From positions 1 through 25,334 of the forward strand of contig CAWWAN010000001.1 of the NCBI GenBank assembly GCA_963934925.1: a DNA stretch of 25,334 bases, written 5' to 3'. This stretch comes from an uncultured bacterium (lineage in GTDB: Bacteria; Planctomycetota; UBA1135). How positions within the stretch are numbered: position 1 is the stretch's first letter; the number at the start of each line of letters is the position of its first letter. The notes beneath the pieces are model-generated. The model ran no database searches. It saw only the letters and a program-made list of their open reading frames with translations, and was not told the DNA's origin. The translations under genes were made by a program, and so were the position numbers. This document shows, piece after piece, positions 23,408-25,334 of the stretch.

Positions 23408-25334
23408 ATGGAGCCATTCGTTCATCTTCACGTCCACACCGAATATAGCCTACTAGACGGGGCAAACAAGATTGAAAATCTGACAGATGCCGCCGTTAAA
23501 GATGGCCACGACTCTATCGCGATTACAGACCACGGTAATCTTTATGGTGCCATGGAGTTCTATAAAAGCTGTCGTGCCAAAGACCTCAAACCGATCCTGG
23601 GCTGCGAAATTTACATCGCTGAAAAGTCGATGTATGACAAACACAATCGCACCACGAATCCTTATTCGCATTTAACCTTATTGGCACGTAACGCCAAGGG
23701 CTGGGAGAACTTAATGAAGCTCAGTTCTGACTCGCATACCAAAGGCATGTCCGTACGACCACGCGTTGACATGGATTTGCTTGCGCAACATGCCGAGGGC
23801 TTGACGGTGCTATCGGGTTGCATGTCAGGGCCTGTTAACAAACTGCTGCGGCGAGAACAAGAAGCCGAAGCGCGCCAGATGGCGGGCACCCTAGCCGACA
23901 TGTTTGGGCGCGAACACTTCTTTCTTGAGATCATGCGCAATGGCATGAAAGAGCAAGATGACTTGACCACGGCGATGATGCGCATGAAAGACCAAGTGAA
24001 CTTACCGGTTGTTGCGACCAACGACGTTCATTACTCTCGGCATGAAGATTGCAGCCTGCAAGATGCGTTGCTGTGTCTCGGTACGGGCGGCAAATACGCC
24101 GACCCGAATCGTTGGTCTTTCGACACCGACACTTTGTTCTTCCGCACTCGCGAAGAGATGAACCGTGTGTTTCAAGATTTGCCAGAAGCGCTACGTAACA
24201 CCATCGATGTCGCGGACCAAATCAATGTCGAACTAGAAATTGGGCGCCTGCGTCTGCCTGCGTTTACCCCAGAAGACGGACGTACTTCTGAGGCAATGTT
24301 CCGTGATTTGTGCGAGCAAGGCGTGCAACGGCTATACCCGGAGGTGACCGCTGAGGTTCGCGAACGCCTTGAGTACGAGATTCGCGTCATTACTGAGATG
24401 GGTTTTATCTCATATTTCCTGATCGTTTGGGATTTAATCAAGTTCGCGCGTGACAGTGGCATACCAGTGGGCCCGGGTCGTGGCTCGGCTGCTGGCTCTA
24501 TTGTCGCTTACGCCCTTGAAATTACAAAAGTTGACCCTCTCAAGTATGATTTGATTTTTGAGCGCTTCCTTAACCCTGGAAGAATGTCGATGCCTGATAT
24601 TGATATCGATTTTTGCAAAGATCGCCGCGAAGAAATGATTATTTATACTCGCGAAAAGTATGGCGACGAAAACGTTTGTCAAATTATTACTTTCGGTCGC
24701 CTAAAAGCTAAAAACGCGATTCGCGACATGGGACGTATTCTGGAGATTCCTCTTCCACAGGTTGATAAAGTTGCAAAGCTGATACCCGATGATGCAAAAA
24801 ATCTGAAGCAGGCTATCGAAACGGTTACTGAGCTTCAAGAGTTCCGTGATTCGTGCGATGAATATTCTCAATGGTTCGAATTCGCTACTAATGTTGAAGG
24901 CTTTGCGCGTAATACTGGTATTCACGCTGCCGGTGTAATTATTGCCGATGAGCCTTTGCGCAACATTGTTCCATTGTCGCGCGTGTCTGAAAACATCACC
25001 ACTCAATGGGACATGAACTACGCCGAAGAATTCGGCCTACTGAAAATGGATTTCCTGGGTCTGCGCACCCTATCCATACTCCATGAAGCTACGCAACAAG
25101 TAAAGCTTAATAAAGGGATCGAAGTGGACCTCGACACCATATGCCTAGAGGACGAAAAGACCTATGAACTGTTCTGCAACGCCGATACTGAAGGCGTGTT
25201 CCAGCTCGAGTCCTCGGGGATGAAGACGCTCCTAAGTAATTTGAAGCCATCGGTTTACGAAGATATCATTGCTGTCCTCGCGCTTTATCGACCCGGTCCT
25301 TTGGGCTCTGGCCTGCATGAGATCTTTACCAAGC
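23408..25334 (+). CDS. dnaE: DNA polymerase III alpha subunit; partial, runs off the right edge; not in the ORF track
   Basis: Manual translation: MEPFVHLHVHTEYSLLDG, ITDHGNLYG, VATNDVHY, GPGRGSAAGS, MPDIDIDF, HAAGV, LKMDFLGL, GVFQLES. Confidence 0.97.
   Translation, partial: MEPFVHLHVHTEYSLLDGANKIENLTDAAVKDGHDSIAITDHGNLYGAMEFYKSCRAKDLKPILGCEIYIAEKSMYDKHNRTTNPYSHLTLLARNAKGWENLMKLSSDSHTKGMSVRPRVDMDLLAQHAEGLTVLSGCMSGPVNKLLRREQEAEARQMAGTLADMFGREHFFLEIMRNGMKEQDDLTTAMMRMKDQVNLPVVATNDVHYSRHEDCSLQDALLCLGTGGKYADPNRWSFDTDTLFFRTREEMNRVFQDLPEALRNTIDVADQINVELEIGRLRLPAFTPEDGRTSEAMFRDLCEQGVQRLYPEVTAEVRERLEYEIRVITEMGFISYFLIVWDLIKFARDSGIPVGPGRGSAAGSIVAYALEITKVDPLKYDLIFERFLNPGRMSMPDIDIDFCKDRREEMIIYTREKYGDENVCQIITFGRLKAKNAIRDMGRILEIPLPQVDKVAKLIPDDAKNLKQAIETVTELQEFRDSCDEYSQWFEFATNVEGFARNTGIHAAGVIIADEPLRNIVPLSRVSENITTQWDMNYAEEFGLLKMDFLGLRTLSILHEATQQVKLNKGIEVDLDTICLEDEKTYELFCNADTEGVFQLESSGMKTLLSNLKPSVYEDIIAVLALYRPGPLGSGLHEIFTK

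Noticed and set aside
23453-25006. Several short ORFs in the dnaE region
   Set aside because: They are antisense or out-of-frame shadows of dnaE, which the track missed because it has no stop in the window.

Overview
About 23 kb of genes on the minus strand, then a divergent plus-strand dnaE cut by the right edge. The right two-thirds is housekeeping, in transcription order: tRNA-Arg(ACG), tadA, tRNA-Ser(GGA), SRP RNA, dnaX, ybaB, recR, truA, hpf, PTS EIIA, HPr, RNase G/E, rplU, rpmA, obgE, a GspC-like PDZ protein, coaX, a reduced MnmE-like GTPase, and a pyrB with a fused C-terminal extension. The left 10.6 kb is the best candidate for an uncharacterised system. A near-consensus sigma54 promoter with a perfect TGT-N10-ACA palindrome upstream precedes at least four co-oriented predicted lipoproteins with Ig-like segments. 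Three exceed 1000 aa and share a C-terminal motif, two are full-length paralogues, and one has a long polyglycine domain. The fourth is missing from the ORF track and begins inside a terminator-like hairpin. The gene content suggests a Planctomycetota-like bacterium, but that is an unverified impression. All assignments come from reading motifs by eye; no searches or alignments were run.
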